From: Nemertoderma westbladi
Taxonomy: Eukaryota > Animalia > Xenacoelomorpha
Direction: 5' to 3'
DNA: 59,163 bases
Assembly: GCA_032718475.1 (NCBI GenBank)
Contig: JAUCBJ010006263.1
Span: 1-59,163, forward strand
Shown here: positions 11,404 to 22,848 of the stretch, in pieces
Layout: each line of letters starts with the position of its first letter
Position numbering within the stretch: position 1 is the first letter of the stretch
Notes under the pieces: model-generated
What the model saw: only the letters and a program-made list of their open reading frames with translations
What the model was told of the DNA's origin: nothing
Database searches by the model: none
Program-made: the position numbers and the translations under genes

Positions 11404-12999
11404 ATGACGTCAGAAACGGGTAATAAACAAAACCTTCGTTACAAACTACACCACAGCAGTACGGCGGCGTATAGGAAATTCTTCATCTGCTTGTTGTTAG
11501 TCATATTAATTGGTGCTATTTCCATGTGCATATTTGAACTCTGGACGCGTATCAGAGTTAACCAAATAAACAGTAAAATACCGCAACCGCCGGATAATGT
11601 CTTATTGAAAAACAGGCCGAATACTAGTAACTCGAAAATCACTAAATCGGCATGTCGACATCATTCGTGTTTTGATGTTTATCCCTGTTTCCCTAACGAT
11701 TACGGTAAAATTAACGTCTATATTTATCCGGATGTTACAGGTAGCAATGCGTTTAGCTATAAACAGTCTCATCAGTTTAAGGAACTAATAAACGGCATAC
11801 GAAGCAGTGTGTATATCACACACAACCCAGAACAGGCCTGTGTATTTATCCCACCTTTGGATTTCCTTAATGGCGAGTTGATAGGAAATAAAAACGCCCA
11901 ACAGTTGCTACGACAACTTAGTCATTGGAACGAAGGAAAGAATCACCTTATATTTAACATGTTACCCCCATCGGACCCTAACGCGGACATTATCGATATC
12001 GGACTGGCTGTACTAGCAGGAGGTGGACTAACAGACGATACATATCGCAACACATTTGATATATCAATCCCTGTATATTCGCTACAAACAGGGGAGGTTA
12101 TCTCTCCGAACGAGAACAAACCATATCTTCTGATAAGCTCAGAACTTTATTTAGAGACTCATATTAGAGAATATTTAGAAACTATAAACAGAAACGACTT
12201 GTTACTCCTTGATGCCTGCGACCCAGTAACTCCCGATAACCGATGTAGCAACGGGGCAGTGCATCCTTACCCTCGCATCCTATCCCAAGGGGAATTCTGT
12301 TTAGTTACTTTTTCCTACGGAATCAGTCCTGTGGAACTGAGCGACTGCCTCAGCCAGTCCAGTATACCCGTTATCATACGCAACGATTGGGTCCTTCCCT
12401 ACACTCCCCTGTTGCTATGGCAGTCCGCGGCTGTGCTGCTTCCAGAACAATTACTCCAAGACTTGTTCCCAATCCTACAGCGTTACTCGGTCGCGCAGAA
12501 GGCTGCGATGCGACTAGAAGGTGCCCATCTGTGGCGATCATATATCTCGAGTATGTCTCGAATTGGCTTAACAACTCTAGATATTATCAACGACCGAGTG
12601 TTTCCCCATAACGCCAGATCTCTAGAATCTTGGAACAACCCAGACTTCCTACCAACTCTATCACCGTCCTATATGACCCCACTTCTAGGCACCGACAACG
12701 GTTTCACTGCTGTTATTCTAACCTTTGATCGTTTCAGTAGTTTAGTTCAAGTGATGAAACGTATAGACGAGGTACCATCGTTAGCTAAGATCGTTGTGGT
12801 TTGGAACAACGTGAATAAGTTGCCCCCCGATGCCAACCTCTGGCCTGATCTTTCGGTGCCACTCAAGGTTATTCTGAGCAGTGAGAACAAACTGAGCAAC
12901 CGGTTCTTTCCTTACCCAGCTATAGAGACTCAATGCGTTCTAGCAATGGACGACGATATAACAATGCTTAATGTCGACGAGTTGGAGTTCGCTTACCAG
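11404..12999 (+). CDS. EXT2: Exostosin-2 (heparan sulfate co-polymerase), coding exon 1 of 4: type II membrane anchor, GT47 domain, start of GT64 domain
   Basis: N-terminal hydrophobic helix, then CRHHSCFDVYPC, PEQACVFIPPLD, WNEGKNHLIFNMLP, GFTAVILTFDR, NKLSNRFFPY and the AMDDDITML (DXD) motif. Donor cag|gtaag at 12999/13000. The ORF-track tail after 12999 is intron read-through. Confidence 0.95.
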
Positions 13000-13484
13000 G
13001 TAAGTTATGACTGTCTGATAAATTACGAACTAAATTACAAAAATAAAACAAACCATGTATGTAATATGTATGTTTATATATATATAAATTAATTGTCGCT
13101 GTAGACCTATTATCTATGTACCGTACCGTCTCAAAAGGAACCATAAAGAAAAAATATACTTAGCGAAAACTTAAGAAGTCAACAGTAAAGGTATCAAATT
13201 GAGGTTGTAATGTAATATAAGGAATTTAGATATATAGGCCTAAACGGGTATTAAAATTACGTTTATACCAGATATTACAAAAGATCATTTAATATAATTG
13301 TCATCTCCGACTCTACTAGTTCAGATGGTATATACTGTTATGTGGGTGTGCGGACTTACTTAAATATTGACAATATTAGTGTTCAAGTTCAGTCAATAGA
13401 AAATTTGAGATTTTCTGTCAATTTATAGATTCAATATTTTGGACTACCCAGTCTGACATTAGTTATGTGAATTTGCCTCTATAG

Positions 13485-13608
13485 GTATGGCGGGAACTGC
13501 CCGATAGAATAGTTGGTTTTCCAGGTAGACTTCATTCCTGGGACAATACAACTAGATCCTGGAGGTATGATTCAGAATGGTTGAACGATATATCTATGGT
13601 ACTCACTG
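13485..13608 (+). CDS. EXT2: EXT2 coding exon 2 ([41 protein letters not shown])
   Basis: Acceptor ctctatag and donor gtgagt. The 124-bp exon encodes the conserved GT64 segment in frame. Confidence 0.95.
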
Positions 13609-13799
13609 GTGAGTTCATCTTACAAGTACAATTGGGAAGTAAATTATGACAAGTATAAAATATATAAAGTTTTACATTTCAAACTTATCATCGAAGTTGT
13701 AATGCAAAGTTATAAATTTATTTGGGAGGGGGAATCTACTGGCCATCATTGCATTCCAGCACAATAATTTTGTATTTAATAAATAAATTGTTCTACCAG

Positions 13800-13948
13800 G
13801 GGCTGCATTCTACCACAACCATTACAACCATTTATACACACATGTAATGCCGCCAGTTATAAAGAATTGGATTGACGATAATATCAACTGTGAGGACATT
13901 GCCATGAACTTTCTTGTTTATAACACAACGAGGAAAGCGCCTATAAAG
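13800..13948 (+). CDS. EXT2: EXT2 coding exon 3 ([50 protein letters not shown])
   Basis: Acceptor ttctaccag and donor aag|gtaag. NCEDIAMNF is the GT64 signature, and the phase is consistent with exon 2. Confidence 0.95.
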
Positions 13949-14720
13949 GTAAGAGTTGCCAAACCAATCGTTAGGGATATTATTAGGCATAGCATTCTTA
14001 ATGGACATTGTGTGGTAGTGGCAAAAATATTTTTGTTACGCCAGCCCAGCGTAGCATCTCAATGTGCAACTTCAATGCAGCAGGCCGATTATAGACAGTA
14101 GGGCTCGACCGAATATGGTTGTTAAGTTGCGTAACTTCGAAATTGTAACACGTAACACATAAGAAACCATTGTTGATGACAATGACAACCTATGAAACTT
14201 TTGATATTAAATAAAAACCTGTTAAGAGTCTTTTATTAACACGGATATTAAAAATATAAAAGTACATAAATAAATATTCGCTCGAATTCTGATCCGGGAA
14301 GATTTCACATCACGTCGAGGCAGTCAGTCTGATCCCACCAGGGTTATCTATTCGATTCCTATTCAGAATGACATTTATCTCCTCGACTAGTCTGTCTACC
14401 TTTCCCACACAATAATTGATTTTTATTTTGTACAGAAGTGGAAAACACTTATAATAGGGGTTTTAGCTCAGAAGTGGAAAAAATGTGGAAGGATGTAACT
14501 GGGGACCAGGTTGATCCAGCGCTATGCGCAACCACATCTCTCCATAGAGCTAACAACCAGTTCAGCCACTGTCCCATAACACTTCCTGACTCCATTATTC
14601 TACTTATATTATAGAATAGAGAGTATTTTAAAATTACATAACTTAAGATCATCCCTAACCACAATTCATTAATTGTTTTTCTCGTATTATTAACGGCAAA
14701 CCCATTTTTATTTCGCATAG

Positions 14721-14942
14721 GTGACCCCCCGAAAGAAATTTAAGTGTCCGGAGTGTGTGAACGTTGAGTTACTCTCGGCGGATGAGACACACATGGTGGT
14801 CCGCTCCGCATGTATAGACCACTTCCAGTCGGAATTCGGCTGGATGCCGCTCCAACCAGTCTCCTTTAGAGCCGATCCCGCGCTCTACAAGGTCGATGTA
14901 CCCCAAAGTCTCCAACGATTCAAAGACATTGGGAATTTGTAG
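14721..14942 (+). CDS. EXT2: EXT2 coding exon 4 ([12 protein letters not shown]...FRADPALYK...FKDIGNL*). Spliced total 696 aa
   Basis: Acceptor tttcgcatag. The [21 protein letters not shown] and RADPALYK motifs resemble EXT2 rather than EXT1 or EXTL3. TAG at 14940-14942. Confidence 0.95.
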   Translation: MTPRKKFKCPECVNVELLSADETHMVVRSACIDHFQSEFGWMPLQPVSFRADPALYKVDVPQSLQRFKDIGNL

Positions 14943-15143
14943 TCAGTCGGCATAACAAAACAAAGACTAAAAAATCGAATTAGGAAACTAATCCGTTATT
15001 CATTCGGTACTGAACGCATTATCTCCAACTAGAGAAAGAGAACTGACAGGTCTATCTGCGTATTTCGTGGTGCAATTAGTTGTACTTTTATTTAAACTAC
15101 TTATTGTGTTATTTTTATTGTTTTTCTATATTTACCGTTGTTC

Positions 15144-15149
15144 AATAAA
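15144..15149 (+). promoter_or_regulatory. Candidate EXT2 polyadenylation signal AATAAA (duplicated at 19001-19006)
   Basis: First canonical hexamer, about 200 bp after the stop and following a T-rich UTR. Confidence 0.55.
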
Positions 15150-15977
15150 GATTTATTACATAATTAAGTTTGGAATGTAACAAATTTTTATTTCTAAATT
15201 GCAACATTACTATTTTTATTTTAAATATTATTATTCAAATCGTGAAACATTGTTAACCGGAACCAAGTAATATCATTTTCACAAACCCATTGAAATTAAT
15301 TAATAATAAATGTAATAGGGGGGGGGGGGGGGGGGGGGTTACTCTCCTAAGAGGTCGTTTTAAATAAAGCACTAGCAAGTAATTTCAATCGTTTTTATCA
15401 TTTTCGCGCTAACAATCGCCTCACAACATTCCTTCACATCTCTTATCATCAAAATCCAGTTCCGTTTTTCACCAGCCCAACCCACATCGCTGCCTGTCTC
15501 TATTAGCCAGTTGTTATAGACAACATCTTCACAAATTCTGATAATTTCAGTCAGTTAGGCCTAAGTGGTGCTATCTGCTATCACATGATTTTGCCCGAAA
15601 TTTGTTACACAGTAAAGCAGGCGTTGATATTTAATGATGTGAAAAAGACTTTCACAGGTGATGTCGAGATTCCCTTCGCACAGCAGCTACCCTGATGGTG
15701 CTGTTGTATTTCTTATATTTTGTATTCATCCTGCCTTAGCAGTGTCGTGGCGGTAGGTATTACTACACAACTCATAGTCAACACGTGTAGAGAATTCAAT
15801 GCTTATTTATAGGAATTCTACAACCACGGTAACATATTATTGCAAAACCATCCACTACCAGTACCATGCTGCACAGAGTCTTGCTATCGAAGATGTATGT
15901 CTGTCACCTGTACATTATAGTAGTATGGTACCGGCAGTTTGTTGTTGGTAGTTTAGTTATTTCTCACCTAGCACATA

Positions 15978-16139
15978 GGCGGGGTAGCTCAGTTGGTTGA
16001 GCACCGGGCCTGCAAGCTATTAGTTGTAGGTTCAGCACCGCCAGGGTTCACTCAGCCTTTCATCACTGGGAGTCACTAAAGTGGATCAGTTGAATTACTG
16101 GGGACAAAACTTGGGATAGGAGTGGCACCCACCCCTACC
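15978..16139 (+). mobile_element. tRNA-derived SINE, 5' part (copy 1, cut by the duplication breakpoint)
   Basis: The head at 15978-16043 has an A box (tagctcagttgg), a B-box-like ggttcagcacc and ggcgg/ccgcc acceptor-like pairing. A non-tRNA body (gttcactcagcctttcatc...) follows. Confidence 0.85.
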
Positions 16140-16312
16140 ATCGGCTCTATCGGGTTTGGTACCCACCAGTTAGCCAGTGAAATAGACATTTACTCTGGTA
16201 AAGTGATCGTTTTAGTTAGAAAAGCCGCCTCTCTTAACCTGCTCCTTTCCCTCAATTGGTAAAGTTGTCGTTTATTGTTTTGGTTAGAAAAGCCTGCCTT
16301 TGTAACCTGCTC

Positions 16313-18738
16313 ATCGTCATCATCGTGTCTGCACGGTACTTCACATAGCGCCCCATTTGGTGATCTCCAGTGAATGTTTGGATTTGACCTGACCAAATTG
16401 GTTTACTACGGAAGATCCGCAGTGGGCACACCTGGGCGGGTGTGGGCCACTCGGAATCCGACGAGGCGGCGCACATATTGACATTTGGCGTATGTACATT
16501 TCTTACAGTAGGGAGCCACTGGGTTAAGAGTTTTTACGGTATACTTAATATGAGCATAAAGAAGAAAGTGTTGGCGATGTATCTGAAAAATAAATAAATA
16601 AACGTTGCTCTTTGTATCTCAAGTTGATTTGGATTAGGACAATGTGATACTTTTAACTCCTGCAATAATTCAGGTGGTTTGATGAGACTGCTTAGGGGTG
16701 GGGTGGGGTGTGGGGGGGGGGGGGGGGGTAACTAAGAAAATGTGACAAAGAAATGGAAAGAAAGGCAATGTTATAGTAAATGGATTTGTGTTATGTAATA
16801 CTCTGTAGCAGCTGCTGGCTCCGAGGTAACTAATTTTGTATAGCCTGGGACTGACTGTCTCTGGGTAGTATATTGAAGACATAAGTCTATGAAGGAGAGA
16901 TAATGTTTACTTTAGCTTTGATTTATGTTGTCAGCCCGGGGCGTCCTTCCGGTTCAATGAGTTATTGGGCAGATTTATTACATTGCAAGACTGTTTGATG
17001 CTTATGGTATATGGATCGAGGTGAAGTTATTATTATAAACATTGTCAAATTAAACAGAGTTATCAGGATGGAAAACTCATTTTGTATAATGTAGTATCCT
17101 CAGACCACACCTGTGACAAAAATTGATGGATTGGGATAAATAGGGCTGTAGGGTGGGAGTTGGTGTGTAAGCCGCCTATGGAATCGGAAGAATATATCAA
17201 ATTGACTGTTTTAATTATAACATTGACCTGCGGAATCAATGAGAATTGTATGGAAGTAGAAATCTAATATTTATATCAAACACATGCTTGGTACTGTATC
17301 AGGGGATTGCCGCCTGTCAATATGTACACGTTCTCTGAACCCAGAGTTATACTGCCGTATTTGGGCGAATACGACAGGCTACTGTACTATACAGTACGTT
17401 TGTTGTGGTTAGTGACGGGTTGTTAGTATCTCATGCAAAATAAATGTAGGACTTTGTAATTATTTTGCAAATATTGGGACCATGCATTTTCTAACTTACA
17501 GGTTTCGTTGCATTGCTTGGATCAAACTTATCCTGTATTCTATAATGCGTGGTATTTTACTCTCCGACATCGGTAGAGGTGAAGAGGTGTGTTGTTGGTC
17601 TGCCTCTGCGTCATTGGGGCGGGGGGGGGGGGGGGGGGGGGTGTTGGGGCAAGTGTCAGATTCATCTATTCGTGTTGATGGTTGGTGAGGATTCTACTTC
17701 TGGCTAGGTCTGGCCTAGAGTAGAAGCAGTTCCGCGGCAATAATAATATTGCTCCTCAAAAGAGGGCCCTTACTGCATCAGGGACGCGTTTTTCGACAGA
17801 GCCCCGTCAGCTGAAACAGCCAGTGCCGCTAGTCGGTGGGGTTGACTTGTTGACGAGAGGCTATTATGAGGCGCAATGGGATACGCATTGCGTATCTCCT
17901 TCTGTCAACCAATAATCAGAATATAAAACATTTAATTTAATTGAAAAAATTTAATATAATACGAGAAATTACAATAATTTATTGAAATTTTCTATAATAA
18001 ATAACACAAAAAGTAGAAAGTTGAGCACCAATAGTAGCATTATATACTTACATAGAGATTATATAAACACAATCAATTAGGAATGTACCTGATGTGATAA
18101 GCCATTCGTAAAATATGTCATCCAAACAAATTGCATTTATAAAAACAACATAATTTAGTTAATTTATTTCCGAAATGAAATATTTAGTTTGATCGAAATT
18201 TATATCGCGTCGTATAAAGAAGCACTTTATAGGACACAATAAGTAGGTTTACTTTCCACGGCGGGATATACGAAAAACTCCATATTGTGGGATCCGGTAC
18301 AAACCTAACGCACACTACAGCAACAATTATTAAATTATAATTAAACGATAAAACTATTTACGTAGAGAAAAATAAATTACTAATAGATTTTCTAATAGAA
18401 AAACAAACTCGTAGTTGTTGTAATCTTGCGATGCGCGGAAAAAATGGAAGGAACTATAACTATTTTTCACAAATCCCAATGTTGTCACATCGAATATCCA
18501 GAAAACGTCTTTTTTTGTGTAAAATAGATTTTTTTTAGTAAAATTGATTTTTTTATTATTAGGCCCGGATTTCGCCCCGGTGAAGTAGGTAGATAGTAGC
18601 GAAGTAGAAGACCCGGAAAGGATAAAGTAAGCCGAACAGTACAGATTAAATAATCCGTTACTGTTCGGTATGAGTGGTTGTATCGCCACTGAAAGCCCAA
18701 AATATTATAAATCCAAATAATAGAGAAAGTAGGTCGAA
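16313..18738. other. 2.43-kb insert of unknown origin between the two duplicated copies
   Basis: No match elsewhere in the window, no recognisable ORF or terminal repeats, and two long G-runs. Confidence 0.7.
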
Positions 18739-20170
18739 GCTCTACAAGGTCGATGTACCCCAAAGTCTCCAACGATTCAAAGACATTGGGAATTTGTAGT
18801 CAGTCGGCATAACAAAACAAAGACTAAAAAATCGAATTAGGAAACTAATCCGTTATTCATTCGGTACTGAACGCATTATCTCCAACTAGAGAAAGAGAAG
18901 TGACAGGTCTATCTGCGTATTTCGTGGTGCAATTAGTTGTACTTTTATTTAAACTACTTATTGTGTTATTTTTATTGTTTTTCTATATTTACCGTTGTTC
19001 AATAAAGATTTATTACATAATTAAGTTTGGAATGTAACAAATTTTTATTTCTAAATTGCAACATTACTATTTTTATTTTAAATATTATTATTCAAATCGT
19101 GAAACATTGTTAACCGGAACCAAGTAATATCATTTTCACAAACCCATTGAAATTAATTAATAATAAATGTAATAGGGGGGGGGGGGGGGGGGGGGGTTAC
19201 TCTCCTAAGAGGTCGTTTTAAATAAAGCACTAGCAAGTAATTTCAATCGTTTTTATCATTTTCGCGCTAACAATCGCCTCACAACATTCCTTCACATCTC
19301 TTATCATCAAAATCCAGTTCCGTTTTTCACCAGCCCAACCCACATCGCTGCCTGTCTCTATTAGCCAGTTGTTATAGACAACATCTTCACAAATTCTGAT
19401 AATTTCAGTCAGTTAGGCCTAAGTGGTGCTATCTGCTATCACATGATTTTGCCCGAAATTTGTTACACAGTAAAGCAGGCGTTGATATTTAATGATGTGA
19501 AAAAGACTTTCACAGGTGATGTCGAGATTCCCTTCGCACAGCAGCTACCCTGATGGTGCTGTTGTATTTCTTATATTTTGTATTCATCCTGCCTTAGCAG
19601 TGTCGTGGCGGTAGGTATTACTACACAACTCATAGTCAACACGTGTAGAGAATTCAATGCTTATTTATAGGAATTCTACAACCACGGTAACATATTATTG
19701 CAAAACCATCCACTACCAGTACCATGCTGCACAGAGTCTTGCTATCGAAGATGTATGTCTGTCACCTGTACATTATAGTAGTATGGTACCGGCAGTTTGT
19801 TGTTGGTAGTTTAGTTATTTCTCACCTAGCACATAGGCGGGGTAGCTCAGTTGGTTGAGCACCTGGCCTGCAAGCTATTAGTTGTAGGTTCAGCACCGCC
19901 AGGGTTCACTCAGCCTTTCATCACTGGGAGTCACTAAAGTGGATCAGTTGAATTACTGGGGACAAAACTTGGGATAGGAGTGGCACCCACCCCTACCATC
20001 GGCTCTATCGGGTTTGGTACCCACCAGTTAGCCAGTGAAATAGACATTTACTCTGGTAAAGTGATCGTTTTAGTTAGAAAAGCCGCCTCTCTTAACCTGC
20101 TCCTTTCCCTCAATTGGTAAAGTTGTCGTTTATTGTTTTGGTTAGAAAAGCCTGCCTTTGTAACCTGCTC
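18739..20170 (+). repeat. 1.43-kb direct duplication, copy 2, including an orphan copy of the last ~19 EXT2 codons and the 3' UTR
   Basis: Starts gctctacaaggtcgatg as at 14882. It continues seamlessly into the rest of the TIR element and SINE. Confidence 0.97.
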
Positions 20171-20360
20171 CTTTCCTTTAATTGGAATATATAAAAATGA
20201 CGAAAAAAATTGCCTCTGGTGGGTACCAAACCCGAAATTCCCCAACCTTCGGGTAGCAGCTATCGATAGAAGAGCCTTAGGGTGGCTTCCACCTCCGATT
20301 GTTTGCTTGCACCTAGCCACTTGTCCTATTTTGTACGGCATAGTATTTTGTTTTGTTTGT
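19836..20360 (+). mobile_element. Apparently full-length tRNA-derived SINE (~275 bp) interrupted by a TIR element
   Basis: tRNA-like head at 19836-19901 and body to 19997. The body resumes at 20248 (ttcgggtagcagctatcgatag...) and ends in a ttttgttttgtttgt tract. The 3' boundary is inferred. Confidence 0.75.
19998..20239. mobile_element. Small TIR element (MITE, ~240 bp) inserted in the SINE
   Basis: Perfect 20-bp inverted repeat tcgggtttggtacccaccag (20008-20027) and ctggtgggtaccaaacccga (20216-20235). Flanks are cccctacc (19990-19997) and ccccaacc (20240-20247). There is an internal ~65-bp tandem duplication. Confidence 0.75.
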
Positions 20361-20424
20361 AGATGCCAATGTTGTATGTTCCTATGTATCGTAAATTATA
20401 TAATAATAACGGTATGGCACCTAT

Positions 20425-21510
20425 ATTTCGACTCACTAAAATGATGCATCTTTCAGTAAAAAATACTGAGATTTTCACTAAATTTATGCCAAAATCACTA
20501 AAAAGAATCGCTAATCACTCAATTATTCATTAAACACTAAACTAGAAGTAATGATTTATCACGAAATATAATCATTTATCACTAAAAATAACAATTTATC
20601 ACTAAAAATAACAATTTAATCAATAAAAATAATCATTTATTCACGAAATATAATCATTATTTTACTAAAAAAAGGTACAATCACTAAATATCATCACAGC
20701 AAATAGCATTACTAAGACTAAGTATTGTATTGCCTTGTATTTGTCTTGACTATCTGTTTGATTGTGTGGCGATAAGTTCCATGAGTAGGACCTGTTACTT
20801 CAGGTTCCATCGCGATATGTCACCAGGGGCGGTAGGTTCAAGGAGCATTAGGTCCCGTAACAGAAAGGAACAGGTTTGTAAAGGAGCGGGATACAGAGGC
20901 ATCCTCGGTGGAACCAAATCAGTTAACGTGCAGGTTAGTAAAGAGTTGCAATCGACAAGAGATACCTTCAGTCGGTAAGTTTAAAGGACAGGCTACTAAG
21001 TCTTGCAGCGTTAGGTCCAGAGATTTTCGGGGAAAGGGGCAGGTTACAGTGGCGCGTTATTCTATCTAATCTAACCAATACAATAAACGAAAGTCATTAG
21101 CACATGATACAGTTTATTTTTGCTAGAAATAAGTTAGAAATAAAAATACAAAAATTGCTATAAAATATATTACAAATACAATTACCAAAGGACCTAATGA
21201 CGCGTACGCTGCCGTGAGACATGCGGAAGGGAAAGGGAAGGTGATTTTATAGTAAAGGGAGATCAAAATTAGTGGAAAGTCATTAATTTAAGTGACTTTT
21301 AGTTAAATATGATTATTTGGTGGACAAAATTAAAAATAGTTGTAAGTGAACATAATGGTTTTTAGTGGAAATCTAATTATGGAGAATAATTATCTTAAAT
21401 GATAAAATAATTATTTTTAGTGAAGGAAAAATGTAGTGGACGAATGATTATTTTTAGTTAGAAATAAATTTGTTGCGTAATAATAAGTACAATTGGGGGC
21501 AGCTCGTAAT
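20425..21510. mobile_element. Possible foldback-type element with internally repetitive, oppositely oriented AT-rich arms
   Basis: The left arm (20430-20715) repeats cactaaaaat and the right arm (21265-21480) repeats atttttagtg. Exact termini and TSD were not resolved. Confidence 0.45.
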
Positions 21511-21821
21511 TTAAAAAAATGTATGAGTTGTACATTATCAATTGTATTTGTACCTGATTTATATGGTAATTTTTTACCACTGTTTTTTATTAGAGATTTG
21601 CAAATCATATTATTTATATTAATGATTTGTTAATGAGTTGAATTTGTAGCTTAATTATTTATACTTTAAAAAAAAGTTGAGTGGTAAATAATAATAATAA
21701 ATAATGTTTTTAACCAATTCAATAAATATTGTAGCCTACCTACCTCTGCCAGGTGCCAGCACCGAGAGGTAGGCCTGTTAACAACCACCCGCAATCCTAA
21801 TATATTACATATTTTACTTAC

Positions 21822-21921
21822 TCGTCCTTTAACTTGTTGACATTGGCCCCTTTTGTCGATCTCTTTTGTGCCGCATCTCTCTTTGCAGCTTTCTCTCGCG
21901 CCTTTTCTCGTTGATTACCCC
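21822..21921 (-). CDS. SERF: SERF/4F5-family small protein, exon 2 of 3 ((R)GNQREKAREKAAKRDAAQKRSTKGANVNKLKD(E))
   Basis: Acceptor gttgttctag and donor gtaagt at 21821. RGNQRE.AR is the 4F5/SERF N-terminal signature. Confidence 0.92.
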
Positions 21922-22510
21922 CTAGAACAACAAACAAATTTAATAAAGCGTTAATAATCCGCTATGCCGGAGATATACCGGTACTGTATTCCTGTATATA
22001 GACCTACCTACAACCTACTGACCAGTAACCCTTTAAGTTTAAGTCGTACCGTTCAGCCGTTAGGCCTATATATTCTCGTTTCTCATAGGAATATCACAAA
22101 AGGGAAGGGATAGGCCCACGGCAATTTTTATCTATCTGTATATGTAGCAATTTTCGGGCATGGTCCTGACGACGACGCTGACATCGAATGACAAAACGTC
22201 ACAGAAGTTACAGACTTAATTACATAATTACGGTTACGGATAGGTGCGGGGATCTAATGAGCACACTCCACTCAGTAAGTCAGTGCTGCAGTGCACTGGT
22301 CTGCTGGTGTGGTGTGGTGTGGTGGGAGGGCACGGTCAGTGGTGTCGGGGCTCGCGGCAGAGGTGGTCTACGCGAAACCGATGTTATAGTCATGAGTCAG
22401 TCTAGTGCTACTGGGTAGAGTGGAAGTGGAGGAGCAGGAGATTGGAGAAGGGATGAGAAGATGGAGATCATCCACCCGTTTGCCGTTGCTTCGTACACTT
22501 ACAGACTTAC

Positions 22511-22517
22511 TTGTCAT
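22511..22517 (-). CDS. SERF: SERF/4F5-family small protein, coding part of exon 1 (ATG ACA A)
   Basis: atgacaa|gtaagt on the minus strand gives MTRGNQRE when spliced to exon 2. A 7-nt first coding exon is the layout I recall for animal SERF genes. Total 192 nt, 63 aa. Confidence 0.85.
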
Positions 22518-22848
22518 ATTTCCGTTTGCCCACTTGGTTGGATATGCCAATTGGAAGCTTCGCTGAATATTTAAATCGCAGGTAAGCAGGTCGACAGTCA
22601 GAAAATTGAGAGTGGAAATCAAACTACGTGTACTAGAGACGATAGATTCAAATAATCCTCCTTCTGTCAGTACAGAAGTAGCCTACTGCAGTACCGTACC
22701 GGTATGTGTATTTTGATAAAATATTTAAGTTTATTAATATTTTTTAACTTAATCTACCGGACTTCCAGTCCCCGGTAGTTACGGAGTCAGATACAGAGAT
22801 ACGGTACCGGTACATAAGATTGAGTAACAGCCTTTAATTTCCATTAAT

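Larger units (their letters stand above)
14882..16312 (+). repeat. 1.43-kb direct duplication, copy 1 (end of EXT2 CDS, 3' UTR, 5' part of SINE)
   Basis: Near-identical to 18739-20170. I saw only two substitutions and a G-run of 21 versus 22. Confidence 0.97.

Noticed and set aside
13000-13092. C-terminal extension of the 562-aa ORF (VSYDCLINY...), and likewise 13949-14101
   Set aside because: This is intron read-through past canonical GT donors. EXT2 homology continues in the next exons.
15978-16043. Functional tRNA gene (also 19836-19901)
   Set aside because: The anticodon and T arms pair poorly, the T-arm region is shortened, and it continues into a SINE body with no Pol III terminator directly after.
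16190-18772. Short ORFs in and around the 2.4-kb insert (16190-16476, 17482-17688, 18354-18772)
   Set aside because: No recognisable protein motifs. Several cross duplication junctions or G-runs.
18739-18799. Second EXT2 gene or alternative last exon
   Set aside because: Only the last ~19 codons are duplicated, beginning mid-exon without the native acceptor. It is treated as part of the duplication.
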